Source of the DNA: Octopus bimaculoides
Taxonomy: Eukaryota
Assembly: GCF_001194135.2 (NCBI RefSeq)
Contig: NC_068981.1
Location: 86,096,249 to 86,130,598, forward strand
Direction: 5' to 3'
Length of the DNA: 34,350 nucleotides
Below the pieces are notes generated by a model. It saw nothing but the letters and a program-made list of their open reading frames with translations. It did not search any database and was not told where the DNA came from. The translations under genes and the position numbers were made by a program. Shown here one piece after another: positions 12,601 to 22,816 of the stretch (its first letter is position 1; each line of letters opens with the position of its first letter).

Positions 12601-12890
12601 GCAAAATGAGCTAAGAGGAATAACTCACAGTGACCAATAGCATGAATTTGGACAACAGTGACATAAAATTGTGCATTAAATACCATACAAGATAAACTAT
12701 TGTTTTGTTGAAACCATCTTTGCTTCAAGAGTAGGTAAACCAATGCCTAGCATTTATTGCAACCAGCTCCAAATGAGAAAGGTCTGTCAAGGAAAACACC
12801 CAATCTTGTGAAGTAACATGCCATGGACTATGGAGTTAAGCTTTGATAAATGTAGAGAGAGAGCAATATTGCCTGTATAACAGGTATTCT

Positions 12891-13249
12891 TCTATTTTCT
12901 TTTACTTCTTTAATTCTTTTGACTGCAACCATGCTGGAGCACCACCTTGAGGAGTTTTAGTTGAACAAATCGACCCCAGCCTCATTTGCTGAACTGCTAA
13001 GTCACAGGGACGTAAACACACCAACACCAGTTATCAAGTGGTGATGAGGGAACAAACACAGACAAAAAGACACACACACACACATATATATATATATACG
13101 TATATATATGGTGGGCTTCTTTCAGTTTCCGTCTACCAAATGTACTCACAAGGCCTTGGTCGGTCCGAGGCTATAGTAGAAGACACTTGCTCAAGGTGCC
13201 ATGCAGTGGGACTGAACCTGGAACCATGTGGTTGGGAAGCAACTTCTTA
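12891..13249 (-). mobile_element. SINE type A
   Basis: Reverse complement of the type A tail (GACTGCAACCATGCTGGAGCACC) and head. Confidence 0.8.
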
Positions 13250-13760
13250 GAAGACCTATGTATGAATAGGAGTAAGAATCCTGTAGAGGTGAATGGTTTC
13301 TACAGGCTGGTCACAAGTAGGTTTTATGTGCCCCATAGAAAGAAATCAAGGCTGTTGAAGCCAGATATTCAAATAAATGCAACAGAAAGATATCAAGAGA
13401 AAAGGAAAAGAGAGAGGAAGTGAGAGGGGGAAAGAGAGAGTATGGGAGATAGATGGGTAGGAGGGAAAGAGAGAGATAGGCAAAGAGAGAAATAGTAAGA
13501 GACAAAGTATCACACATGATGATGTTTACAAGCTTAGAGGAAAATTTAAAGACAATAAACATAAAGGTAGATCAAGCTCACTTACAAGGAAAATTTATCT
13601 GAAAGAAAAATCACAATTCTTTAGAAGTAGTTAATTAATTGATGCTAATTGTGGGCAGCAAATAGGTGGGGAAAATCAAAATAGCTGAGCAGCATGTTGA
13701 AGCTATGTTACTTGGATGAAGCCAAAAGTTCAAGTGGATGCAACAGAGAAAGAGATACTA

Positions 13761-13769
<9 letters not shown>

Positions 13770-13826
<57 letters not shown>
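13770..13826. repeat. (AG)n microsatellite
   Basis: Direct inspection. Confidence 0.95.
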
Positions 13827-13829
<3 letters not shown>

Positions 13830-14106
13830 AAGAAGGATCACAGAAGGTGATGGTTTTCAACTAAGAAGAAAAGTTTAAGATAATCAACATTGAAATAGAA
13901 AAGCACAACTTACTGAGAAAAATTTTAAAGCAAAATCAAGGTTAAGAAATAATTCACTCAACACCCACACACACACACACACAACTGAAATAAACAGAGT
14001 ATAGTAATGTAAATTGCATTATAAAGGGGCAACATAAATGCACCTTGAGTAAAAAGCACTGATTATCCCACTCAGATTAACAGTTAAGGTACTGTTTACA
14101 CTTCTG

Positions 14107-14488
14107 AAGGTGGCAAGTTGGCAGAATCATTAGCACATCGGACGAAATGCTTAGCAGTATTTTGTCTGTCTTTACGTTCTAAGTTCAAATTCTGCTGAGG
14201 TCAACTTTGTCTTTCAGCCTTTCGGGGTTGATAAATTAAGTACCAGTTGTGTACTGGGATTGATCTAATTGACTGGCCCCTTCCCCAAAAATTTCGGCCC
14301 TTGTACTTAGAGTAGAAAAAAAAAAAAAAAGAATATTTACACTTCTGAAAGGATGTGAGCTGGCAGAATCATTAGCACCCCAGGCAAAGTGCTTAGTGAC
14401 ACTTCACCCATCATTATGTTCTGAGTTCAAATTCCACCAGGGTCAACTTTGCCTTTCATCTTTTCAGAGTCGATAAAATAAGTGCAGG
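14107..14488 (+). mobile_element. Two tandem SINE type C copies (14107-14320, 14349-14488)
   Basis: Each copy has TGGCAGAATCATTAGCAC ... AGTTCAAATTC ... GTCAACTTTG.CTTTCA. Confidence 0.8.
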
Positions 14489-14496
14489 TAGAGTTA

Positions 14497-14621
14497 TAAC
14501 TTCTACTATAGTTTCAAGCCAATCAAAGCCTTGTGGGCGGATTTGGTAGATGGAAACTGAAAACAGCATGTCACGTGTGTGTGTGTGTGTATGTGTGTGT
14601 GAGTGTGTGTATGTGTGTGTG

Positions 14622-14654
<33 letters not shown>

Positions 14655-14990
14655 ATGCGTGTGTGTGTGTGTATGCGTGTGTCTGTGGTGTGTGTGTATG
14701 TGTGTGGTGTGTGGTGTGTGTGTGTATGTGTGTATGTGTGTATGTGGTGTGTGTGTTTGTGTGCATGTGTGTGTGTGTGTTTGTCCCCCACTACCACTTG
14801 ACAACCGGAGTTGATGTGTTTACATAATTATAGCTTAGTGGTTCGGCAAAAGAGACCAATAGAATAAGTACCAGGCTGAAAAATAAAATAGGTACTGTGG
14901 TCAATTCATTCAAATAAAAATTCTTGAAGGTGGTGCCCTAGCATGGCTGCAGTCTAATGACTGAAACAAGTAAAAGGTAAAAGATAAAAA
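14497..14990 (+). mobile_element. SINE type A (5'-truncated) with ~200 bp degenerate (TG)n
   Basis: Body and tail match 15353-15746. Expanded TG tract at 14574-14780. Confidence 0.8.
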
Positions 14991-15045
14991 ATATTATAGA
15001 CTTTCTTTTCTGTGTAAAATTCTTTACAGCTTGCACCTTATATAA

Positions 15046-15250
15046 TATTGGTTCTAAATCTTGGCACAGTGCCAGCAATTCTGGCAGTTGATCACATTGA
15101 CCCCAGTGCTCAACTGGTACTTAATTTTATTGACCCCAAAAGGTAGAAAGTCAAAGCCGACCTTGGCGATATTTGAATTCAGAGCTTAAAGATGGATAAA
15201 ATGCTGCTTAGCATTTTGCCTGGTGTGCTAACAACTCTGTCAGCTTGCTA
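15046..15250 (-). mobile_element. SINE type C
   Basis: Reverse complement of the copy at 14107-14320. Confidence 0.75.
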
Positions 15251-15352
15251 CATTGCACCTTGTGTAATATACAATGTTCTTTTTGCAGTTGATATATAAG
15301 TTTGTTGCAAAAATGGTGCTATCATGGCACATATGTAATGCTTTCAAGATTG

Positions 15353-15746
15353 CAGGAGTGGCTGTGTGGTAAGTAACTTGCTTACCAACCACATGGTTCC
15401 AGGTTCAGTCCCACTGCGTGGCACTTTGGGCAAGTGTCTTCTACTATAGCCTCGGGCTGACCAAAGCCTTGTGAGTGGATTTGGTAGACAGAAACTGAAA
15501 GAAGACCGTCGTATATATGTATATGTATATATATATATATGTGTGTGTTTGTCCCCCCAACATCGCTTGACAACCGATGCTGGTGTGTTTACGTCCCTGT
15601 AACTTAGCGGCTTGGCAAAAGAGACTGATAGAATAAATACTAGATCTACAAAGAATAAGTCCTGGGGTTGATTTGCTCGACTAAAGGCGGTGCTCCAGCA
15701 TGGCCGCAGTCGAATGACTGAAACAAGTAAAAGAGTAAAGAGAGTA
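15353..15746 (+). mobile_element. SINE type A, near-complete young copy
   Basis: Head GGAGTGGCTGTGTGGTAAG...GGTTCAGTCCC, central CACTTTGGGCAAGTGTCTTCTACTATAGCC, internal (AT)n, and tail GGTGCTCCAGCATGGCCGCAGTCGAATGACTGAAACAAGTAAAAGAGTAAAG. Confidence 0.9.
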
Positions 15747-15756
15747 TAGTTAATGT

Positions 15757-15979
15757 TTAACCTTTATGATACCAACCCACCTAATACTCCAGCTCTTGTT
15801 CCAAGATACAAACTTCCTAAATTAAATTAAAATCTTACATCAAAATTCATGTTCATTTATGTTTCAAACACCAGCTTAACAAATAGAAAGTTGCTTTACT
15901 AAATTCTTCATTATCTTGATTTATTTTTTTAAAATAAAGGCAGTGTATCTCATTAGAAACATTGTAACGAAAGAGTTAA
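15757..15979. mobile_element. Putative piggyBac-like MITE flanked by TTAA
   Basis: TTAA|CCTTTATGATACC at the left end and GTAACGAAAGAG|TTAA at the right end. The terminal inverted repeats are imperfect and there is no coding capacity. Confidence 0.5.
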
Positions 15980-15980
15980 C

Positions 15981-16200
15981 CTTTTACTCTTTACTCTTTT
16001 GCTTGTTTCAGTCATTTGACTGCGGCCATGCTGGAGCACCACCTTTAGTCGAGCAAATCGACCTCAGGACTTACACTTTGTAAGCCTAGTACTTATTCTA
16101 TCGGTCTCTTTTGTGGAACTGCTAACTTACGGGGACGTAAACACACCAGCATCAGTTGTCAAGCGATGTTGGGGGGACAAACACAGACACACAAACATAT

Positions 16201-16259
<59 letters not shown>
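15981..16259 (-). mobile_element. SINE type A, 3' half (the head would lie in the gap)
   Basis: About 90% identical by manual count to the reverse complement of 15545-15746. Runs into (AT)n and then the gap. Confidence 0.88.
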
Positions 16260-16673
16260 NNNNNNNNNNNNNNNNNNNNNNNNNNNNNNNNNNNNNNNNN
16301 NNNNNNNNNNNNNNNNNNNNNNNNNNNNNNNNNNNNNNNNNNNNNNNNNNNNNNNNNNNNNNNNNNNNNNNNNNNNNNNNNNNNNNNNNNNNNNNNNNNN
16401 NNNNNNNNNNNNNNNNNNNNNNNNNNNNNNNNNNNNNNNNNNNNNNNNNNNNNNNNNNNNNNNNNNNNNNNNNNNNNNNNNNNNNNNNNNNNNNNNNNNN
16501 NNNNNNNNNNNNNNNNNNNNNNNNNNNNNNNNNNNNNNNNNNNNNNNNNNNNNNNNNNNNNNNNNNNNNNNNNNNNNNNNNNNNNNNNNNNNNNNNNNNN
16601 NNNNNNNNNNNNNNNNNNNNNNNNNNNNNNNNNNNNNNNNNNNNNNNNNNNNNNNNNNNNNNNNNNNNNNNNN
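16260..16673. other. Assembly gap (N run)
   Basis: 414 N. Confidence 1.
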
Positions 16674-16759
16674 TTTATTTATTTATTTATTTATTTATTT
16701 ATTTGTTCGTTTCTTTATTTATGCATTTATTTATGTTTATTTCTAATCTTTTTTTTTAG

Positions 16760-17063
16760 AGTACAGCCAATGCCGGAATACGGATAGCTTATCTTGATGA
16801 GTCTGACCTCTGTCTAAGTGATTCCGACCAATCTCATAATGACAACGTATCCATACCTGAACCATACAGTGAAGTCATTCCAGAAGTGACATCCCCTGAT
16901 TACTCAGAAAGCAGTGTTCCAATTCGATACTATAAAACAAATCCACCAAAAGATCCTGAAGGATGGCAGAATCAGATAGATTATTTCTTCTCAGTGAGTT
17001 CATTGGCGCTAAACATCAGTTCGATCCTACACTTTGCATCATGTGCTGCTAAAAATGGTGGAG
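16760..17063 (+). CDS. SLC6/NSS-family transporter-like gene, coding exon A (N-terminal tail + TM1)
   Basis: Poly-T acceptor ttttttttAG at 16758-59 and donor G|GTTAGT at 17064. Open frame STANAGIRIAY...DPEGWQNQIDYFFSVSSLALNISSILHFASCAAKNGG(G), which aligns without gaps to the SLC6 RxxW...KNGGG segment. 304 nt, ends in phase 1. Confidence 0.88.
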
Positions 17064-17114
17064 GTTAGTTGAACATTTTCTATTCCTTTATTTTATTAAA
17101 GAAGTACCTTCCAT

Positions 17115-17162
17115 CATTGTCATCATCATCATCATCGTCGTCGTCGTCGTCGTCATCATCAC

Positions 17163-17193
<31 letters not shown>

Positions 17194-17812
17194 GTCATCA
17201 TCATCGTCATCATCGTCGTCGTTTTAACGTCTACATTGCTATGCATAAATCAAATGGAATTCACTGAGGCAGATTTTCTCCAACCAGATGCCTTTCCTTG
17301 CATCAAGCTGCTGCTGTTTCCAAGTGAGATGATATTTCTTCCTGGTCAGATATGCTTTCAGGAAAGATCTAGAAGTGAATGACACCATACAATGTCAAGG
17401 CACAGAGACACAAACACACAACACACCTGCACATACACATGTACATGCATCCCCTGCCCCACAAGCCTGTCGTATACATATATATATGTGTATGTGTGTG
17501 TGTATGTCTTTGAGTCTACGTTTATCCCCACCACCACCACCACCACTTGACAAACAGTGTTGGTGTGCTTACATTTCCCATAGCTTAGTGATTTGGCAAA
17601 AGAGCCCTACAGAATAAGTACACACACACACACACACACCATGTATATATGCATTAGGCTCCTTTCAGTTTCCATCTATTAATCTCCACTTATATGACCT
17701 TGGTCAATCCAGAGCTACAGTATGTCATTTGGCCAAGGTGTCGTGCAGTGGGACTGAACCCAAAACCATGTGATTGGAAAGCAAATTTCATAACCACATA
17801 GCCATGCCCGCA
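17115..17812 (-). mobile_element. SINE type B with (CAT)n tail, apparently interrupted by a plus-strand type A fragment (~17520-17620)
   Basis: (CAT/CGT)n at 17115-17222, reverse RTE-like tail at 17222-17400, and reverse head at 17655-17812. Confidence 0.6.
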
Positions 17813-18142
17813 CTTATCATATAAAATATAAAATATAAAATACGAACATTCATTCCAATATATTTTGGATTTTATCAGATCAAGAAAGCTCAATGGAATT
17901 TGATAATTATTTAGAAAACTAATCTTAAATTTGCAGGTGTTATTACATTAATTATATTTTGTTTGACACATGGATAATGATAAAAATTTGAATTCAGCTA
18001 CAATGAAATTTTGTATTGAACTACACCCTATGAACCTGGTTATCCCTTCAGAATCAACTCGTTGTTATCTCACCCAAGTCGGTTCTGATTAAACACACAT
18101 TGAATTACTAGGGGCAATGAGTGCTTTATAGATATTGTATGA

Positions 18143-18850
18143 CTGTGTGGTGAGGCTGTTGTGAAGCTGTTTGCTTCCCAATCACAACAGGGCACTGGAT
18201 GTCACCTTGGGCAAGTGTTTTCTACTATAACCCCCGACTGAGAAAAGCAAAAGCCTTTGCTGGATGGATAGGTGGATGTTGAAAGGAACCTGTCATGTGT
18301 ATGTGTGTGTGTGTGCGTGCATGCGTGTGTGTGTGTGTGTGTGTGTGTATGTGCATGCATGTAAGGTGTGTGTGTGTGTGTGCATACTTGCATGAAATAC
18401 ATATGTATGTGTGTGTGCATATTTGCATGTATTACATGTGTGTGTACATGTAACACATGTGTATGTGAGTATGCATGCAGGTGCTTGCATGTAATACATA
18501 TTTATGTATGTGTGTGTGTGTATGTGTGTGCCTGCTTGCATGTAATATATATGTTTATGTGTGCTTGCCTGTGATACATGTTTGTGTGTGTGTGCTTGTG
18601 TGTGCATGCTTGCATGTAATACTATGGTGGTGGTGGTGGTGGCGGTGGTGTTGGTGGTGGTGGTGGTAGTGGTGCTGATGATGGTCATGGAAGTGGTAAC
18701 GGTAGTGATGATGATGATGATGATGATGATGATGACGGTGACTATTATAGTGATGATGATGACGATGATGATGATGATGGCGATGACTATTACAGGAATG
18801 ATGATGGGGTGGTGATGGTGGTAGAAGTAGTGATGATGATGATGATCTGG
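18143..18850 (+). repeat. SINE head remnant followed by degenerate (TG/CATG)n and (GGT)n/(GAT)n low-complexity tracts
   Basis: CACCTTGGGCAAGTGTTTTCTACTAT at ~18203, followed by ~550 bp of simple repeats. Confidence 0.75.
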
Positions 18851-19321
18851 TTAAGGAGCACATTTGGCATTATAACATATGCATTATACTCTGTCATAAT
18901 GGGGGTACAGTGTATAAATTTGGAAACGTTAAGATTCTTTGCTCACCATTCAGTTTCTGATGTTTGTAGACTCTTGTGATGGCCACAGCAATTGGTGAAA
19001 ATGGTGAAGTGTAACAGTTTATATGCTTCTTCACTGATCTTTACTTACATCCACAGAATGTAGAATTAACACTGATATTTTTCTATCCTTTTACTGATTA
19101 TCTGGACTGAGTGAGAAAGAATGTGTTCTGTGAAGCTGTTATATTTGTGTTATGGGTGATTGGGATAATTTATTATTTAGCAGCAGGGCTGGGGGTTTTA
19201 TGGCAACATAAAACAGTGCTCCTCTTGTGTCTAGATGACCATTTATTTTGTATTTTCATTCAGACATTGCTGGTCTACAAATGTGGTTTGTGGGCTGTCT
19301 GTGACAATACAAAGAATACTA

Positions 19322-19960
19322 GCATGGCTGTGTGGTTAAGAAGCTTTCTTCCAAACCATGTGGTCTTAGGTTCAGTCTCACTTCATAGCACCTTAAGAAA
19401 GCACCTTCCACTATAGTCCCAGACCAACCAAAGCTTTATGAGCAGATCTGGCAGATGGAAACTGAAAGAAGCTTGTTTTGTGTGTGTGGGTGTGTGTATG
19501 TGTGTGTGCATGTGTATGTGCATGTGTACACATGAGAGAGAGAGTGTGTGTATGTATGCATGTATATGTGCATATATGTGTGTGTGTCTTATTTGTATGT
19601 GGATGTGTGGGTGTTATTTGTGTGTATATGTATATGTGCATACATGCATGAGTATACGTGCATGTGTGTGTGTGTGTGCATGTGTGTGTTTGCATCTGCC
19701 CTTGTCTAGACATCATGTGACTGTTGCATGGGAGCATCATTGTCATACAAGAGAGGTTGCTTGTTTCCAGATTTCCACAAAAACATGTCCAGCTATGGGA
19801 AAATATTACCTTCATCGGAAGCAGGAGAAAGCTGGCCACAGGAAGGGCATTCAGCCACAGAAAATTTGCTTCAACAAATTCCATCTGATCCATGCAAGCA
19901 TGGAAAAGTGAACATGACGATGACGATGATGACAATGGCGACAATGATGACAACGACGAT
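19322..19960 (+). mobile_element. SINE type B, complete, with internal TG-rich tract
   Basis: Head GCATGGCTGTGTGGTTAAG. Tail AGGAAGGGCATTCAGCC...CCATGCAAGCATGGAAAAGTGAACATGACGATG. Confidence 0.8.
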
Positions 19961-20044
19961 TTCTAATTTGTTTTGACTTATTGGTATTTGTATGATGTCT
20001 ATGATTAGTGTTTGTATGATGTCTTCTGGGATATGCCACAGGTG

Positions 20045-20205
20045 CAGGCATAGCTGTGTGGTAAGAAGCTTGCTTCCCAATCACATGGTTCCGGGTTCAG
20101 TCCCACTGCGTGTCACCCTGGGCAAGTGTTTTCTGCTATAGCCTTGGGCTGACCAAAGCCTTGTGAGTAGATCTGGTAGACAGAAACTGAAAAAAGCCTG
20201 TCATA

Positions 20206-20244
<39 letters not shown>

Positions 20245-20470
20245 ATGTCTTTGTGTCTGTGTTTGTCCCCCATCACCACTTGACAACCGGTGTTGGTCTG
20301 TTTATGCCCCTGTAATTTAATGATTTGGCAAAAGAGAACAATAGAGTACGTGTACTAAGCTTAAGAAATAAGTCCTGAGGTTTATTTGTTTGACTAAAAC
20401 CCTTCCAGGCAGAGCTCCAGCATGGCTGTAGTCAAATAACTGAAGCAAGGAAAAGATAAAAGAAAGAATA
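20045..20470 (+). mobile_element. SINE type A, complete
   Basis: Head, body and tail match 15353-15746. Confidence 0.85.
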
Positions 20471-20565
20471 TGAACTTGAAACATAGAATCCATGTATAGA
20501 AGGTTATGTTTTAAAAACACAGTGGGAACAGAAAATGCAGGAAATATTAGAGAATTAGGCACATG

Positions 20566-20995
20566 TGTGGCAGTGTGGTAAGAAGCTCGCTTCCCAACCA
20601 CATGGTTCTGGGTTCAATCTCACTGTGTGGCACCTTGGGCAAATGTCTTCTACTATAGCCTTGGGCCGACCAAAGCTTTGTGAGTGGATTTGGTAGACCG
20701 AAACTGAAAGAAGCCCATTGTGTGTATATATATATTTATATATACATATATGTATATGTTTATGTGTGTGTATCTTTGTGTCTGTGTTTGTCCCCCCACC
20801 ATTGCATGACAACTGATATTGGTGTGTTCATGTCCCTGTATCTTAGCAGTTCGGCAAAAGGGATGATAGAATAAGTACAATGCTTACAAAGAATAAGTCC
20901 TGGAGTCAATTTCTCTGACTAAAAAACCCTTTGAGGTGGTGCTCCAGCATAGCTGCAGTCAAATGACTGAAGCAAGTAAAAGAATAAAAGAATAA
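20566..20995 (+). mobile_element. SINE type A, complete
   Basis: Head, body and tail match 15353-15746. Confidence 0.85.
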
Positions 20996-21656
20996 ATAGT
21001 ACTATTAGAAAATACTTAAACCTGGCTATATGTTAAATATTGAGTTGAAAAGTATCTGGGGTAAAAACAGAATGATGGAGAACATCTGAGTTTATGAGAT
21101 AAATTTCAAAGATTAAAGTCTCAGGAAATAAGCTTAAGATATTTATATTTTATTGCCAGAGATTTCTGCCAAACTTTATCAAAGCCTACCTTATATAATT
21201 AATTAAAAAGGTTGATAACAGTTATTAACTAAAACTCATTGTGTTAAACATGAATTAAAATAACATGGTAGGTGGCTGCGGATGCTAATGAATGTTTTAA
21301 AGATGATAAAATGAAGACAACTCAAACAAGTTCAAATAAATAACAAAAATTAAATAATTAAATATATAAATAAATATTGAAGTATTAATTGATTTTAATC
21401 AAGAGATATATTGTTTTTGAATAAATATTGGTTAAATAAAAAATCTGATATAAAGTAGTCTTTCAGCATTAACACAAAAATAACCATCTTAGTCGTTAAT
21501 CATATGATGATAGGAAAGCTATTATTTATTTTTCTATGGACCAACTCAAAAGTATTTTCCTCTATTTCTGTTTGCCTTACACTTCGAAAATTTGATTATA
21601 TGAAGTATAATTACATAATCTCATTGCATGGCCCCTTGGACAAGTGTCTTCTACTA

Positions 21657-22002
21657 TGAGGGGGTACCCAATAGTAACTGGAAACGTTCTCTATGAGACA
21701 AGCCCATTGTAGTTCAGGCTTCTGCTGCTAGAAGTCGCTTAATGCAACCCTCAGGTATCAGTCTACCGACCACCATCATCATGTTAGGTCGTATTTTTGC
21801 GATGGCTGAAATGAAGGAACAGCATACTTCTGTGAAATTTTGTTTCCTGTTGGGAAAAACAGTGGTTGAAACGGTTGTTGTACTTCAAACAGTTTACAAG
21901 GACGCTGCCATGAGCAAAACACATGTTTACGAGTGGTTTTCATGCTTCAGGAATGGTCACTTGTCATTTGAAGACCAACTTCGTTCAGGGCAACTGTCAA
22001 CA
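21657..22002 (+). mobile_element. Mariner transposon 5' fragment (TIR + N-terminal HTH)
   Basis: TA followed by TGAGGGGGTACCCAATAGTAACTGG (mariner-type TIR). Encodes MAEMKEQHTSVKFCFLLGKT..ET...LQTVYKDAAMSKTHVYEWFSCFRNGHLSFEDQLRSGQLST. Confidence 0.85.
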
Positions 22003-22660
22003 AGAGATAAGGAAACCATGATGGTCCTCTGGAGGACACTTGTCCTAAGCCACTTTGGCTATTGCTTGCAGCTATGGTCACCAACTAGTGTCAAATTAAT
22101 TGCAGAATTTGAGGCAATCCAACGAAGTGACACAAACAAGATAGCCTCTATGCAGTATATAAGCTACTGGAAAAGACTCAAGAGAATAAGACTCTATTCC
22201 TTAGAGCATAGGCGAGAAAGATATGCCGTAATATACATCTGGAAGATCTTGAAGGGACTTGTCCCAAACTTTGGCATTGAGAGTTACACTAATACGAGAA
22301 CACGGCGCCACTGCATAATGCGAAGGACTCCAAATTTGCCATCAAGATATAGGACAAGTTACCGCAACAGCCTGGGTATCAGGGGACCATAGCTCTTTGG
22401 TATCCTCCCAAAGGACCTGAGAGACCTGCATGGGGTGAATATAGGTATTTTCAAAACAAAACTGGATCTCTTACTGTCAAATGTCCCAGATGAACCAACT
22501 TCACAGCAGGAAGTGCACATGAAGGTAGTGGCATCAAACACCCTCATGCACCCAGTGTCAATTTCTAAAAAGAATTAGTGAAGTAAACGTATGTAGCAAC
22601 ACCAAATGGTAGTGCCCCAGCATGGCCACAGCTCATGAGCTGAAACTAGATCAAATGAAG
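22003..22660 (+). mobile_element. CR1/L2-group LINE, 5'-truncated (post-RT C-terminus + 3' end)
   Basis: Encodes RDKETMMVLWRTLVLSHFGYCLQLWSP...EAIQR...SYWKRLKRIRLYSLEHRRERY..IYIWKILKGLVPN. The frame continues past a TAG at 22390. The 3' end reads GTGCCCCAGCATGGCCACAG...CTGAAACTAG. Confidence 0.8.
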
Positions 22661-22662
22661 TC

Positions 22663-22711
<49 letters not shown>

Positions 22712-22816
22712 CATGTATATATATATGGGAGAATATACAAATAATAACAACAGACGAGGACAGGTGGTGTAAATAACAAAAGTATATATTAGTATGACGC
22801 TCGGGAATACGGAAAG

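Noticed and set aside
2806-20880. Many ORF-track entries rich in HT, CV, YI or MYVC repeats (for example 2806-3123, 12357-12743, 14456-14827, 18202-18863, 19438-19953)
   Set aside because: They are translations of (CA)n, (TG)n, (TACA)n and (CAT)n microsatellites inside SINEs, with no protein-like features.
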